Shown here piece by piece: positions 15,576 to 24,524 of a stretch of DNA of 25,251 bases. The notes beneath the pieces were generated by a model. It saw nothing but the letters and a program-made list of their open reading frames with translations, was not told the DNA's origin and did not search any database. Source of the stretch: a virus (Duplodnaviria; Caudoviricetes); the IMG/VR virus record IMGVR_UViG_3300020151_000454, positions 1 to 25,251 of that record, one strand, 5' to 3'. How positions within the stretch are numbered: position 1 is the stretch's first letter; the number at the start of each line of letters is the position of its first letter. The position numbers were made by a program, and so were the translations under genes.

Positions 15576-16460
15576 TTAATACAACCTATCCGCAGGGGTG
15601 AAGGTGGCGTGCAGTTGCAGTTCGGGACCCTTGTTGTCCTTGCTGGAATTGCGGCTCGTTTCCAACTTCATCCAATATCCACCCAAAGGCTTCGGGCCTC
15701 GTCCTCGCTCAGTATGAAAGCCCATGTAACCGCCGTCCCATTCTTCCTTGTAAGTCGCCGTACGCAGTTGGTGAATAGGTTTTTGAAGGAGGGTCTTCGT
15801 GGAGCGGTCATAGCGATGGATGATATTTTGGTGGTAGTATAACTCATGGACATGGCCCATCCATGTGAGGTCGTAGCCTTCGGTGGATGCGAGTAGGCGT
15901 TGGTCTTGGATGACCCCCTTGGTGACGGGTCCGCCACCCCCTGCGCCGTGGTAGTAGTGGACCACGAAGTTGACCCCCCGAAGGTTGTCGTGTTGTACTC
16001 GGATGTCAATCGTGCCGCCGTAGCCACCGACCTCAACTGCTGACCCCGTAGCGTAGTTCAAGGTGCTTGCGAAGCGTTGCAGGATGTCGGTTTCTTGGTG
16101 GTGGATGATGGAGGTTTCGTGGTTGCCATATCCAACCAGCAGCAGGTTCTTGGCGTAGGGTGCAAACCATTCCACGGCGGTGTTCACAATAGAATCCAAG
16201 TAGCGGGCGTTGTTGTGTTCTTCACGGATGTCTTCCTTGCTCCTGCGTGGGTCGCCCTTGCCTTGCATCAAACAAAAAAAGTCACCATTAACGATGACTC
16301 CTGCGTTGCGCCGTTGGGCTTCCTTTAGGTGGTTGGTCAGCAGCCCCCTATCGCAGTGTGGGTTGTCCCAATGCAGGTCGGAAATAAGTAAAAACTCCTG
16401 CCCGCTTTGGCAGGTAATGTCGTGGATGTTACGGGAATGCTTGGTGAGTGGTAGAATCAT
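15576..16460 (-). CDS. Calcineurin-like metallophosphoesterase
   Basis: SDLHWD, NGD, GNHE, YHG and MGHVH motifs. Confidence 0.9.
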   Translation of the reverse strand: MILPLTKHSRNIHDITCQSGQEFLLISDLHWDNPHCDRGLLTNHLKEAQRRNAGVIVNGDFFCLMQGKGDPRRSKEDIREEHNNARYLDSIVNTAVEWFAPYAKNLLLVGYGNHETSIIHHQETDILQRFASTLNYATGSAVEVGGYGGTIDIRVQHDNLRGVNFVVHYYHGAGGGGPVTKGVIQDQRLLASTEGYDLTWMGHVHELYYHQNIIHRYDRSTKTLLQKPIHQLRTATYKEEWDGGYMGFHTERGRGPKPLGGYWMKLETSRNSSKDNKGPELQLHATFTPADRLY

Positions 16461-16732
16461 TGCATGGCTTTTAGTGTTGCGTTCTCGGATTCAAGCAAAT
16501 GGATTGTACTTTCCAAACACTCAATCCGTTGACGCAAAACTACAAGTTCATTGCGTAATTCAGTCAACTCTTTGTTTTGTGCTTCAGCGGTTGCCTGCCA
16601 CATAGCCAGCACCGCTTGGGCTTGCTTCACCTGCAACGAATCCGCCGTGAAGCGTCCTCTCGTTAGCCAAGCAATAGCACCGCCAACGATTGCGCTGATG
16701 GTGCCGATGATAGTGGTTTCAATCAAGTTCAC
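16457..16732 (-). CDS. Membrane-anchored coiled-coil protein (lysis cassette)
   Basis: GTG start overlapping the holin stop; N-terminal TM helix and C-terminal heptads. Confidence 0.65.
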   Translation of the reverse strand: MNLIETTIIGTISAIVGGAIAWLTRGRFTADSLQVKQAQAVLAMWQATAEAQNKELTELRNELVVLRQRIECLESTIHLLESENATLKAMQ

Positions 16733-16953
16733 GCCTTGGGTGCTTCGGGTTTACCCTTTACTTTCTCAACTGCCATCCAACCAACTGACAACAAGGTAAT
16801 TATCGCACCGATGATTTCGGTGAGCGTTGCGGTATCAATGACACCTTTGGCGACGAGTGTACCACCGATAAATGTTAGCAAGTGGCGAAGTAGTGCGATG
16901 ATGGCTGATTGCATAAGGTTGGGTTTGTTAGGGTTGCGGCGAAATAGTCCCAT
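16729..16953 (-). CDS. Putative holin (two TM helices; alternative start at 16914)
   Basis: ALLRHLLTFIGGTLVAKG...GAIITLLSVGW and a basic C-terminal tail. Confidence 0.75.
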   Translation of the reverse strand: MGLFRRNPNKPNLMQSAIIALLRHLLTFIGGTLVAKGVIDTATLTEIIGAIITLLSVGWMAVEKVKGKPEAPKA

Positions 16954-16964
16954 GGTTGTAAATG

Positions 16965-17228
16965 TTATTTGGTTTGCGGTGTTGCAAATTCTTTGTAGTC
17001 AGCCTCGTATTGAGCGTCCCATCCGAGGAACGAATGCACTCCGCAAGGGGCGGGCCAAACGATGTAGGGGTTGAGCGATGCAGGACAATCGTCTTGGAAT
17101 AACACATCCATGCAGACGGTGTTATCTATCTCACCGACTGGCACGGCAAAGTCCAGCGGTTGCAGGGATGCGAGCAACTTGTCAGCGGTTGCTTGGTTGG
17201 GGAATGCGAACTTGCGGAAGGTGGGCAT
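16965..17228 (-). CDS. Hypothetical protein following the fibre gene
   Basis: 87 aa, starts 1 nt after the fibre stop; HSFLGW motif. Confidence 0.7.
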   Translation of the reverse strand: MPTFRKFAFPNQATADKLLASLQPLDFAVPVGEIDNTVCMDVLFQDDCPASLNPYIVWPAPCGVHSFLGWDAQYEADYKEFATPQTK

Positions 17229-17229
17229 C

Positions 17230-18552
17230 TTAGGGGGTGGTCAGCGTTGCGAGTTCTGCGTCGGTGAGGCGGGTGGTGTAGAGGGCCTCCGAGCGGATGC
17301 GTCCATTAAATGCCTCCGTGTCCGAACCACTATTAGCCCCATACATTCTAAATTGCGTTAAACCTGCCGCATCGGGTACTTGAAATGTACCAATAGCGAC
17401 TTGACTGCCATTTACATAAGCAACAACACCACTTGCTTGCGTCCCGCCTGCCGCCGTGCCTGCTGCATCGTATGCGATAGCAACTTTGTAAAATGTTCCA
17501 ACTTGCAATGCACCCGAAACAATGTTTAATGAAGTTGTACCTGCATTATTTCGTGAAGAAAATCGTATCCCCGAAGGCGAATCAGTTGGTGCAAAATTTA
17601 TACTCATGCCCCTTGAATCTGCTTGCCTCAAGAAAATTGGCCCGCTCCTTGTTGTTGGTGTGCCAAGAAAAGCAAACTCGCAGTAAATAGTTCCAGCCGT
17701 CTGCCCGATGGACCCGCTGACCGCTCCGCTCACCGAGATAACATCTGCGCTTCGGCTTCCCGTGCCTGTGGTGGTGGGGATATAAGAAGTCGCAACCGAG
17801 CCTGTTTCAAGTTGTGCGCCCCATACATACGCAGTATTTCCGCTTGCGCTATTTATGATAGCACTTGTCATGGTTCCATCGCTCGTATTAGCACGAATAT
17901 TCCCAGCGGCCCCAAGGCCAAGAAGAACGGTCATTCTACAACGATACCATCCATTCCCGTAGTTCTCAATGCCTTGTGACTGCAATGTGTAGCCCGCTCC
18001 AACAACTCCGCTAACCGCAAGAGCGCCCGTGTTAAGATTCCAAACAACTGCGGCTCCGCTTGCAACACCGCCATTCTCCATAGTTAAGCCAAAAAACCCG
18101 CTCCCCGCTTTTGCAAATGCGGAATAGGTGTAAGTTGTGCCTGAAACGAATGTAAACGACTGAATGATTCTTGCGCTACCGCTTGCGGATGCGGTCAAAA
18201 GGTCTGCACTTGTGGTTCCATCGGGAGCCGTAAACGCAGCCGTTGAACCCGTTGTTACTGCAATATTTGTGGGGGACCAAGTTGTCAAGAAGTTCGCACT
18301 CTGCAACGCCAAGTTCGTCGCCGCAGGCTCCACCAAAAGCGCAGGACACCCCGCCGTTCCACCGCTGGTGTAGTAGTCCAACCTCGGTATGCCCGACGCT
18401 ACGGATTCAATCAACCCCGCAGAGTTGAACCTCGTCGCAGTTGTGTTGCGGGTAACGGTGAAGTCGCCCGCCCCGCTGGTGGGAATTTGGGAGTATAGTT
18501 TCCCCGTCTTGGAACGATAGGGGACAATGAGTAAAGATGGTGCTGCGGGCAT
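17230..18552 (-). CDS. Head-spike/fibre-like structural protein with carbohydrate-binding/LamG-like domains
   Basis: FTVTRNTTATR...PRLDY...LLVEPAATNL, GNGWYRC, WGAQLETGSVATSYIPTT and FNGRIR...RLTDAELATLT. Confidence 0.75.
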   Translation of the reverse strand: MPAAPSLLIVPYRSKTGKLYSQIPTSGAGDFTVTRNTTATRFNSAGLIESVASGIPRLDYYTSGGTAGCPALLVEPAATNLALQSANFLTTWSPTNIAVTTGSTAAFTAPDGTTSADLLTASASGSARIIQSFTFVSGTTYTYSAFAKAGSGFFGLTMENGGVASGAAVVWNLNTGALAVSGVVGAGYTLQSQGIENYGNGWYRCRMTVLLGLGAAGNIRANTSDGTMTSAIINSASGNTAYVWGAQLETGSVATSYIPTTTGTGSRSADVISVSGAVSGSIGQTAGTIYCEFAFLGTPTTRSGPIFLRQADSRGMSINFAPTDSPSGIRFSSRNNAGTTSLNIVSGALQVGTFYKVAIAYDAAGTAAGGTQASGVVAYVNGSQVAIGTFQVPDAAGLTQFRMYGANSGSDTEAFNGRIRSEALYTTRLTDAELATLTTP

Positions 18553-18848
18553 TAGTCTAAATTATAGGTTCGCACTTGGAGGCAGTTTTCAAAAAGAGTT
18601 TCTTTGGCGGTGGCGGAATCGGCGGTTGCACGGTTGTTGAATACATTCCACACCGTATCGGTCCACACGAAGAAATTGTAATTTTGGAAGGTGGCAATGA
18701 ATCGGGCTTGCAGGCAGTCGTTGCTTGCGGTTTCGGCAGCGGTTGCGCCGTCAGCAGACGCACGGACATTGAAGGCCGCCCAATAAGGGTTGCCCGAACC
18801 GCCAAGAATAAGCGAGCGGGGATAGCCGTATCCGTAGCCGATGAACAT
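18552..18848 (-). CDS. Putative virion protein with an internal duplicated motif
   Basis: MFIGYGYGY start; two W..FN.RA.AD.AT..ET....CL..R repeats. Confidence 0.65.
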   Translation of the reverse strand: MFIGYGYGYPRSLILGGSGNPYWAAFNVRASADGATAAETASNDCLQARFIATFQNYNFFVWTDTVWNVFNNRATADSATAKETLFENCLQVRTYNLD

Positions 18849-18851
18849 CGC

Positions 18852-19127
18852 TTACAGGAATGTATATCCGATGACGCTACCCACGCTTGGAGTTACCGCC
18901 GTAATCTTTCCGCCGTTCCTTCCGCTGATAACTATTCCAGCGGACACGGACTTGGCTGACATTGCGTAGGCGGTGAGCAGGTCTTCACCTCCTGTACCCG
19001 TGAGGGTCGTGAAGGTTGCGGCGGCATTCACCACGATGAAGTCGTAGTTCTTGCCCGAAACAAGTCCGTCCACGAATTCCATCGTGCCGCCCTGTCCGAG
19101 CATTTGTTGTAAAATAGGTGTAGGCAT
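18852..19127 (-). CDS. Small beta-rich virion protein (possible spike base)
   Basis: 91 aa, Gly/Thr/Val-rich, upstream of the fibre; role inferred from context. Confidence 0.55.
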   Translation of the reverse strand: MPTPILQQMLGQGGTMEFVDGLVSGKNYDFIVVNAAATFTTLTGTGGEDLLTAYAMSAKSVSAGIVISGRNGGKITAVTPSVGSVIGYTFL

Positions 19128-19144
19128 TGCTTGCGTATTTAGGG

Positions 19145-19172
19145 TAAATGTATCTTAGGTCGGAATTTCACA
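19145..19172 (-). promoter_or_regulatory. Putative late promoter TGTGAAATTC-N11-ACATTTA
   Basis: The same bipartite motif with identical spacing occurs at 23336-23363. Confidence 0.6.
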
Positions 19173-19658
19173 AATGCTATGGCTATACGGCAGTTGGAAT
19201 GACAAGGTTGCCACCCACCCCGCCGTGCGGTCATCACGGCTCTCTACAAAGCGAGTTAGCGACACGGAGGTACTTAGCGTCCACTCCTGCGTCGGGTCGT
19301 TTGTAAGGCTTGAAATGAAGTCCTGAGCGATTTGCAGTTGGTCGCTCAAAACCTCGTCTTCGTTATCCTGCCAACCGAGCGTCGGACTGCCCGAAACCAC
19401 TCCACCCATTGTGGCAATGGATTCCACTCGGTCAGAAAAATAGACACCCACAGTAAGAACCAAACTGCCCAAGTCCGTACTCGCACTTTGAACATCCGCA
19501 AATACCAAAGGATAGACGATTCGCTCACGGCTTGGGGTTCGCAGGTTTATCGTGTTGTCCGTTCCGATGGCAAGCGGGTCGCCCGTCCCGAAGGAGTTTA
19601 CCTGCGGGTGAGCATTTGCAAGAGCAAGGAGTGCTTGCTTTATTCGTATCCAAGACAT
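19155..19658 (-). CDS. Putative tail terminator/completion protein
   Basis: AHPQVNSFGTGD, YPLVF and DRTAGWV; acidic; follows the adaptor gene. Confidence 0.6.
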   Translation of the reverse strand: MSWIRIKQALLALANAHPQVNSFGTGDPLAIGTDNTINLRTPSRERIVYPLVFADVQSASTDLGSLVLTVGVYFSDRVESIATMGGVVSGSPTLGWQDNEDEVLSDQLQIAQDFISSLTNDPTQEWTLSTSVSLTRFVESRDDRTAGWVATLSFQLPYSHSICEIPT

Positions 19659-19700
19659 AGGCTTGTAGTTTCAAAATGTTTTTAGAGTGTGCGCCCATGT

Positions 19701-20276
19701 TCAGCAGTTGGAGCAGTAAGGGTCGTAAGGCCACGGGCGGTCAAGCCCAGCACCACGGCGCAGGGTGCGGGCGTCAAGAGCCATCCCCGTGTTGTAATTG
19801 GTCCCGTTGGGGTAGATGGTATCCAAGGCCGATGGCGGGGAGTTAAAGAGCGGATAGTTGGCTTTCTGCTCCATGAGGTATCGGGTGATTCGCTCCGAGT
19901 ACCACTCCGCATCGTTCTTCACTTTGTCGGTGAGGCGGGTGATTTCGTCCATGGACATTTGGGAACTTTCCTCGCTGGTACGGCGGACCATTCCTTTGTT
20001 CATGTACTTGAAGGCGAGCACCATCGGTAACTCGTAGTAGAGCCATTGCACCATAGCGGGTTGGATGTAGTCCTCCAAGAGCGTAGTGTTCATGGCCGTG
20101 GTTGTGCCGCTTACCACTTGCCCAACCATTTCGCTATAAAGAGCCGACCCAACGATAGGCTGAATCCGCATCTCCTGCACCTTCACGATGGTAGGCCGAA
20201 TCTGCGTAAAGGAAACATTCTCGTTGATTACGGAGTTGTCCAGCAGGGTTTGTTCGCTGATAAAGAGTGCCTTCAT
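19701..20276 (-). CDS. Putative head-tail adaptor
   Basis: Start refined to MKALFIS (ATGA overlap with the portal stop); IQPIVGSALY and LLEDYIQP; located directly after the portal. Confidence 0.6.
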   Translation of the reverse strand: MKALFISEQTLLDNSVINENVSFTQIRPTIVKVQEMRIQPIVGSALYSEMVGQVVSGTTTAMNTTLLEDYIQPAMVQWLYYELPMVLAFKYMNKGMVRRTSEESSQMSMDEITRLTDKVKNDAEWYSERITRYLMEQKANYPLFNSPPSALDTIYPNGTNYNTGMALDARTLRRGAGLDRPWPYDPYCSNC

Positions 20277-22381
20277 GCTTTCGTGATTTTGTTGCCTTTG
20301 CGGATTACCAACTGCTGCTCCCATACATGGCGGCATTGGGGGCGGTTCACTCCGCTGGCCGTGTGATACCATCCGCCACGGCGGTTCCATACGGAGTAGC
20401 CCATGATGTTGGAAATGCCGTTGATGTCGTCCCGTGTGTACACCTTCCCTTGGTCAGCGAGGTCCAGCATGACCTTGCAGAACTCACGGCTGGTCCGTTT
20501 GTCCTTGTTGCTGAAACCTGCGGCCCATGAGTATTTGTAGCGGACTTCCAGCACGGGTTCATCCGTTGGCTTGGCGCCTTCCTTGGCGATTTGGTCCACG
20601 GTACGGGCGATGGGGTAACGGTCTTTGGTAATCAAGTACGCCACCCGCTTTGCGACCTTGGCCTTGCTGACCCCGAACTCCTTGGCCATTTCTTCCACGG
20701 ATGCGTCACGGTTCTTCTTGCGGTAGGCTTCAATTTTTTTATCCAGTTCCTTTTCTTCCTCCCCCAGTTCAGCGAAGGCTTGACGGACCTGGTCGTCTAA
20801 GTCGGTGTCAAACCTCATTGGCTTGGAGTGCATGACCACATAGTCGTCGGAACTGCTTCCAAACTTGCTTGCAACGACCTCCAAGACCTTGAACTCTTCT
20901 TCCCCCCATCCGTAATCCTCGGTGTCTTCTTCGCCCCACATAGGCTCGGAAAACGCCTGCTCTTGCACTCCGAGCAGGGTGTTCACTTCTTCGGGGGTCA
21001 ACCCGAAACCAGCGGATAGCATCGTGCGGGCCATCTCCAGCGTGATTTTCTCCTGCGCATAGTGCCGAACGATACGCATGAGGTTTTGGTACTCACGGCC
21101 CGACAACTTCTTGATGTTGTCGTTGCCCATCATGGCGGGGGTTTGCGGTTGCTCGTCGGGTTGGGGATTGGGTCCAACCACATCGGCGGGTTGCTTTTCC
21201 AACGCAGGGAGGCCCGCTTTCTCACGGAGTTCTTCGGGGGTCATTATGGTCAGCAGGGCTTGCTCACTCAATCGCTCGGTGATGGGTTCCACGGGGATAA
21301 GTTCCATCCCTTCCACGCCGTTGAACGACCCCAAATAGTTAATCATCCGCTCCACCTTGCGAACTCGGTCGTTCACATAGGTCGCCTTAAATAGTTCGTA
21401 CGCCTCCACCAGTTCCTGCCGCCCTCCCAGTTGGCCTTCGGTCTTCACGCCGAATAGCATCGGGTTCACGACACGGTGCGAAATGAAGATTTCGGACTGG
21501 ATGGCCTTGTTGAGAATCTCGAACTGCTTGTCCATATCGCTCGGTGTCAGCGGTTCAAGCGTCGGGGCTTTGCTGACATCATCATTAAAAGTCACCACAA
21601 AGCGTCCAGCATTATCGGTCCCGCTGAACTTGCGTTTAATCTGCCGCTCAATGTCGCCCTGTTCTTCGGGCGTTGGGATTCCGTTGTTGAAGTTGATTAA
21701 ATACCCACCCCAAAAGTTGTTGCGGAGGTTGTTGTTGTGGAAGTTCGCCACCTGCACATCGGCTTCAATCCATGCCAACCCCCCCATGTATTCGGGGAGG
21801 GGGTAGGACTTCACGCCAGCGGCATAGACCCTGTAATAGAACAGTTGCTTACCGATTCGGTTGTCAGCATCAAAGGCGGGAATTTTTTCGACATCCCCGA
21901 TTTTGGGGTAGAGTTGGACCATAGCGTCGTCGTACCAATCGGCCACTTGGAACATCCGCTCGTCCTTGTCCACTCGGATTTTTTCAAAGGGGATGTGCTC
22001 CATTTTCGCAATGGTTCCCATCTTGTTCCAAGTCACCGCAACGGCAAACCCGTTGAATAGTTCTAAGTCAAGGACGAGTTTTTCGGTGATGTCGTTAAGG
22101 TCGTCATGCTCACTCAACCCGTCAAAAAACTTGGCGTAGCGGGCCTGCTGCTCCACGGTCATCTTCTCCCCTGGTTGCCATCCACCGCCGACGATATAGT
22201 TGACCTTCCCGTTGACGATGGCGTTGTGCTTGCTGCTCCTTCGGTAGTTGTCCAGCAGATAGTAGGGGTACTCGTTGAACGCCCCGTAGGTGATGTATTT
22301 GCCCGCCTTGTTCTCCAACATCACGGGGACCTTGTGTTCAATACCCAACCATTGGGTGAACGATTGTTTTATGCTGCTCAT
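20273..22381 (-). CDS. Portal protein with C-terminal HTH-like and MuF-like extension
   Basis: SSKHNAIVNGK, FSGTDNAGR and ISHRVVNPMLFG; C-terminal SREFC...RGGWY...QCRHVW. Confidence 0.85.
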   Translation of the reverse strand: MSSIKQSFTQWLGIEHKVPVMLENKAGKYITYGAFNEYPYYLLDNYRRSSKHNAIVNGKVNYIVGGGWQPGEKMTVEQQARYAKFFDGLSEHDDLNDITEKLVLDLELFNGFAVAVTWNKMGTIAKMEHIPFEKIRVDKDERMFQVADWYDDAMVQLYPKIGDVEKIPAFDADNRIGKQLFYYRVYAAGVKSYPLPEYMGGLAWIEADVQVANFHNNNLRNNFWGGYLINFNNGIPTPEEQGDIERQIKRKFSGTDNAGRFVVTFNDDVSKAPTLEPLTPSDMDKQFEILNKAIQSEIFISHRVVNPMLFGVKTEGQLGGRQELVEAYELFKATYVNDRVRKVERMINYLGSFNGVEGMELIPVEPITERLSEQALLTIMTPEELREKAGLPALEKQPADVVGPNPQPDEQPQTPAMMGNDNIKKLSGREYQNLMRIVRHYAQEKITLEMARTMLSAGFGLTPEEVNTLLGVQEQAFSEPMWGEEDTEDYGWGEEEFKVLEVVASKFGSSSDDYVVMHSKPMRFDTDLDDQVRQAFAELGEEEKELDKKIEAYRKKNRDASVEEMAKEFGVSKAKVAKRVAYLITKDRYPIARTVDQIAKEGAKPTDEPVLEVRYKYSWAAGFSNKDKRTSREFCKVMLDLADQGKVYTRDDINGISNIMGYSVWNRRGGWYHTASGVNRPQCRHVWEQQLVIRKGNKITKA

Positions 22382-22932
22382 AGTGTGTGGACGGTGAAGG
22401 ATAGAGCCGAAATCGTGATATTTGCGGCATCGTTGACGGCGTTGATGTAGATGGTGAACTCGTCATTGACTGCACCTTGCAGAACGGCTTCAAGCATGAC
22501 CGCATGGCCGTTGTTGTGGCCCGTGGTGATGTCAGTCATGGACTGCGGAATGATGGTTCCGTTCTTGGCGATGTAGATGATTATTTGGTTGCCGTTCCCT
22601 TGCGAAAACACCATGCTTGCCGACACCCGCAAGGCCGCACTCGTCGTCCCTGTGTAGGTGATGGCGGTGGTTGTGCGGGTAAAGTTGTAGGTAGTCAGCA
22701 GGCCCGATTTAAGCGGGGTTGTTAACTTGACGGCTTGCCCTTGGGTCGGGGTGAAGTTCTTGGATTCGTCAAGGTACAGGTTCGCCACGCCCCGCTCTCG
22801 GTCCAAGGTGGCGGTGTCGGCGAGGTCGTCGAATAGTCCACCGACACGGGCGGCGGTGTTCGCTCCTGCGGCGGTTTCGGATGTGATGGTGGCAGCAGAT
22901 GCTACCAACTGACTGCGGGTTTGTACGCTCAT
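22378..22932 (-). CDS. Putative virion protein with a C-terminal beta-sandwich
   Basis: ETAAGANTAARVG N-terminal motif; Thr/Ala-rich beta strands. Confidence 0.6.
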   Translation of the reverse strand: MSVQTRSQLVASAATITSETAAGANTAARVGGLFDDLADTATLDRERGVANLYLDESKNFTPTQGQAVKLTTPLKSGLLTTYNFTRTTTAITYTGTTSAALRVSASMVFSQGNGNQIIIYIAKNGTIIPQSMTDITTGHNNGHAVMLEAVLQGAVNDEFTIYINAVNDAANITISALSFTVHTL

Positions 22933-23327
22933 GCGAAAGAGGGGTCAAAGGTTTGGTCAAAGACACCCTCGTCGGACGAACCGAAGACGGTGTACTGGAT
23001 GGAATTGGCGAAGGTGTTGAAGGTCAGCGAAACTACTTGGACATAAGCCAAGCCCGTTTCAACCACCGCAACGGCTGCACCAACCGTGCTACTGGTATCG
23101 TAAACTTCATAACGATACGACCCCGTTTCAAGCGACCCCACGGCAAGCGAAAATTTGTCATAGCGGTTGGTGTAGGAAGAAAGGTTGGCCGATTTCAGCA
23201 GGGTGAAGTCGGTCGTGACATTCTTGGCGATGTTCGTGAGCCGCAAGATGTAACGGTCGCCCGTGCTGGCCCGCTGCGTCCAAGTGACGACGATGGTATT
23301 GGTGGTGTTGGGAGATAGGTAAATCAC
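22929..23327 (-). CDS. Putative virion protein (Ig-like)
   Basis: GTG start refined (MIYLSPN), 8 nt after ACATTTA; GSYRYEVY; ends in FDQTFDPSF. Confidence 0.65.
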   Translation of the reverse strand: MIYLSPNTTNTIVVTWTQRASTGDRYILRLTNIAKNVTTDFTLLKSANLSSYTNRYDKFSLAVGSLETGSYRYEVYDTSSTVGAAVAVVETGLAYVQVVSLTFNTFANSIQYTVFGSSDEGVFDQTFDPSFA

Positions 23328-23335
23328 GCTATCCT

Positions 23336-23363
23336 TAAATGTAGGATGCGCCCGAATTTCACA
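23336..23363 (-). promoter_or_regulatory. Putative late promoter TGTGAAATTC-N11-ACATTTA
   Basis: Twin of 19145-19172. Confidence 0.6.
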
Positions 23364-24435
23364 ATTTGCGCCCGATGCTTCGGTAGAGTTCGGCCCTTCT
23401 TTCGGCGGTCTTGCTGATGTCAAAGCGTTCCCGCACATCCTTGGACAACTGCATGGCAAGCCCCTTGGCGTAGTCGGGTTCGTTCACGAACTTCCTAACG
23501 GCCTTGTACCAAGCGTCTTTCTTCCCGTATGGGATGAGCAGACCGTTGTGGCCGTGGACGACGATGTCGGTGTAGGGGATGGTTTCCGAGGCGATGATTG
23601 CCTTGCCCATCCAGCCCGCTTCCACGACTTTCAACTCCGATTTGAGGCGGTTGAACTTGGTATCTCGGAGCGGTGCGATGGTTGCGTTGATAAAGTTGTA
23701 CCCGCCGACATAGGAGTAGATGTCAGCCGCTTGGATGCGTCCGTAGTTCTTGTTTAGCCCCTTGCAGGATAGCATCCGTTCGTAATCATCGTAAACGGCG
23801 TTCCCGTCGTTCCACCCACCGAGGTAGATTTTGTATCGCCCGTCAAGGGATTTGTCGTGGGCCAGTAAGCCGAAGGAATGTTCTACGAGTGCGATGTCCT
23901 CTTGGTGTTGCGCCCCTCCAAACCAGCCGATTTTGAACAGGTGCGGTTCGGGTTCAGCATTCGTGTCGGGGAGGTACTGCTGGTAGGCTTCGTATGGTTC
24001 ATTGGGCAGGATGGTCACGGCCTTGTTGAGCAGGCGTATCTTCTGCGCCAAGTGTTCGGTCGTCGTGGTCACATGGTCAGCCAAGCGGATGTGCTCACGA
24101 ATTTGCTCGTCCAATTTCGTGGACAAATAGTGCCGATACATGATGTGTCCCGATTCCAGCACCCAATAGTCGTCAAGGTCCAAGATTACCTTCGCCCCAA
24201 ACGCCGTGAGAGCCTCGTAAACCTTCCGAATTTGGTCCAGCGTACCTTGACACCACAAGCGGTTAAAAAGCCAAACATCGACCGTCTTTAGGTCTTCATC
24301 TTTGACATTGCCGATGTTGTCCACGCACACATAGTCAAACTCCGTGTAGTTGTCACCGAGGTAGGCGTTCGGCATTTCCAGTCGGTAGAAGGAACACCCC
24401 GTCGGGTGGGCGTTGTAAACGATGCAAATTCTCAT
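23359..24435 (-). CDS. GT-B (family 4-like) glycosyltransferase
   Basis: Start refined to MRICIV; YRLEMP, DLDDYW, IGWFGG and FNRLKSELKVVEAG motifs. Confidence 0.88.
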   Translation of the reverse strand: MRICIVYNAHPTGCSFYRLEMPNAYLGDNYTEFDYVCVDNIGNVKDEDLKTVDVWLFNRLWCQGTLDQIRKVYEALTAFGAKVILDLDDYWVLESGHIMYRHYLSTKLDEQIREHIRLADHVTTTTEHLAQKIRLLNKAVTILPNEPYEAYQQYLPDTNAEPEPHLFKIGWFGGAQHQEDIALVEHSFGLLAHDKSLDGRYKIYLGGWNDGNAVYDDYERMLSCKGLNKNYGRIQAADIYSYVGGYNFINATIAPLRDTKFNRLKSELKVVEAGWMGKAIIASETIPYTDIVVHGHNGLLIPYGKKDAWYKAVRKFVNEPDYAKGLAMQLSKDVRERFDISKTAERRAELYRSIGRKL

Positions 24436-24438
24436 GCC

Positions 24439-24446
24439 CAAAGGTA
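24439..24446 (-). promoter_or_regulatory. -7 box (TACCTTTG), leaderless start of the glycosyltransferase
   Basis: Exact TAnnTTTG, 3 nt before the ATG. Confidence 0.65.
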
Positions 24447-24447
24447 C

Positions 24448-24479
24448 AAAAAAAAGGGCCACCCCTTGCGAGATGGCCC
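24448..24479 (-). terminator. Intrinsic terminator
   Basis: GGGCCATCTC-GCAA-GGGGTGGCCC + T8; GNRA loop. Confidence 0.9.
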
Positions 24480-24513
24480 AGACCACTAAACCATGCGGCG
24501 TATGAGAACCGCA
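24448..24513 (-). ncRNA. Candidate ~65-nt trans-acting antisense small RNA
   Basis: Has its own -7 box (24517-24524), a 5' hairpin UGCGG/CCGCA, a single-stranded linker and a terminator; complementary to 12865-12881 and 11893-11905. Confidence 0.6.
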
Positions 24514-24516
24514 GGT

Positions 24517-24524
24517 CAAAGATA
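24517..24524 (-). promoter_or_regulatory. -7 box (TATCTTTG) for the candidate sRNA
   Basis: 13-bp identity to the early promoter at 14597-14609. Confidence 0.65.

Noticed and set aside
16869-16875. Extra ACATTTA copy
   Set aside because: Inside the holin coding sequence with no nearby start; likely chance.
74-24291. Numerous + strand and nested ORFs in the track
   Set aside because: Antisense shadows of motif-bearing minus-strand genes; only 14738-15411 is supported on the + strand.
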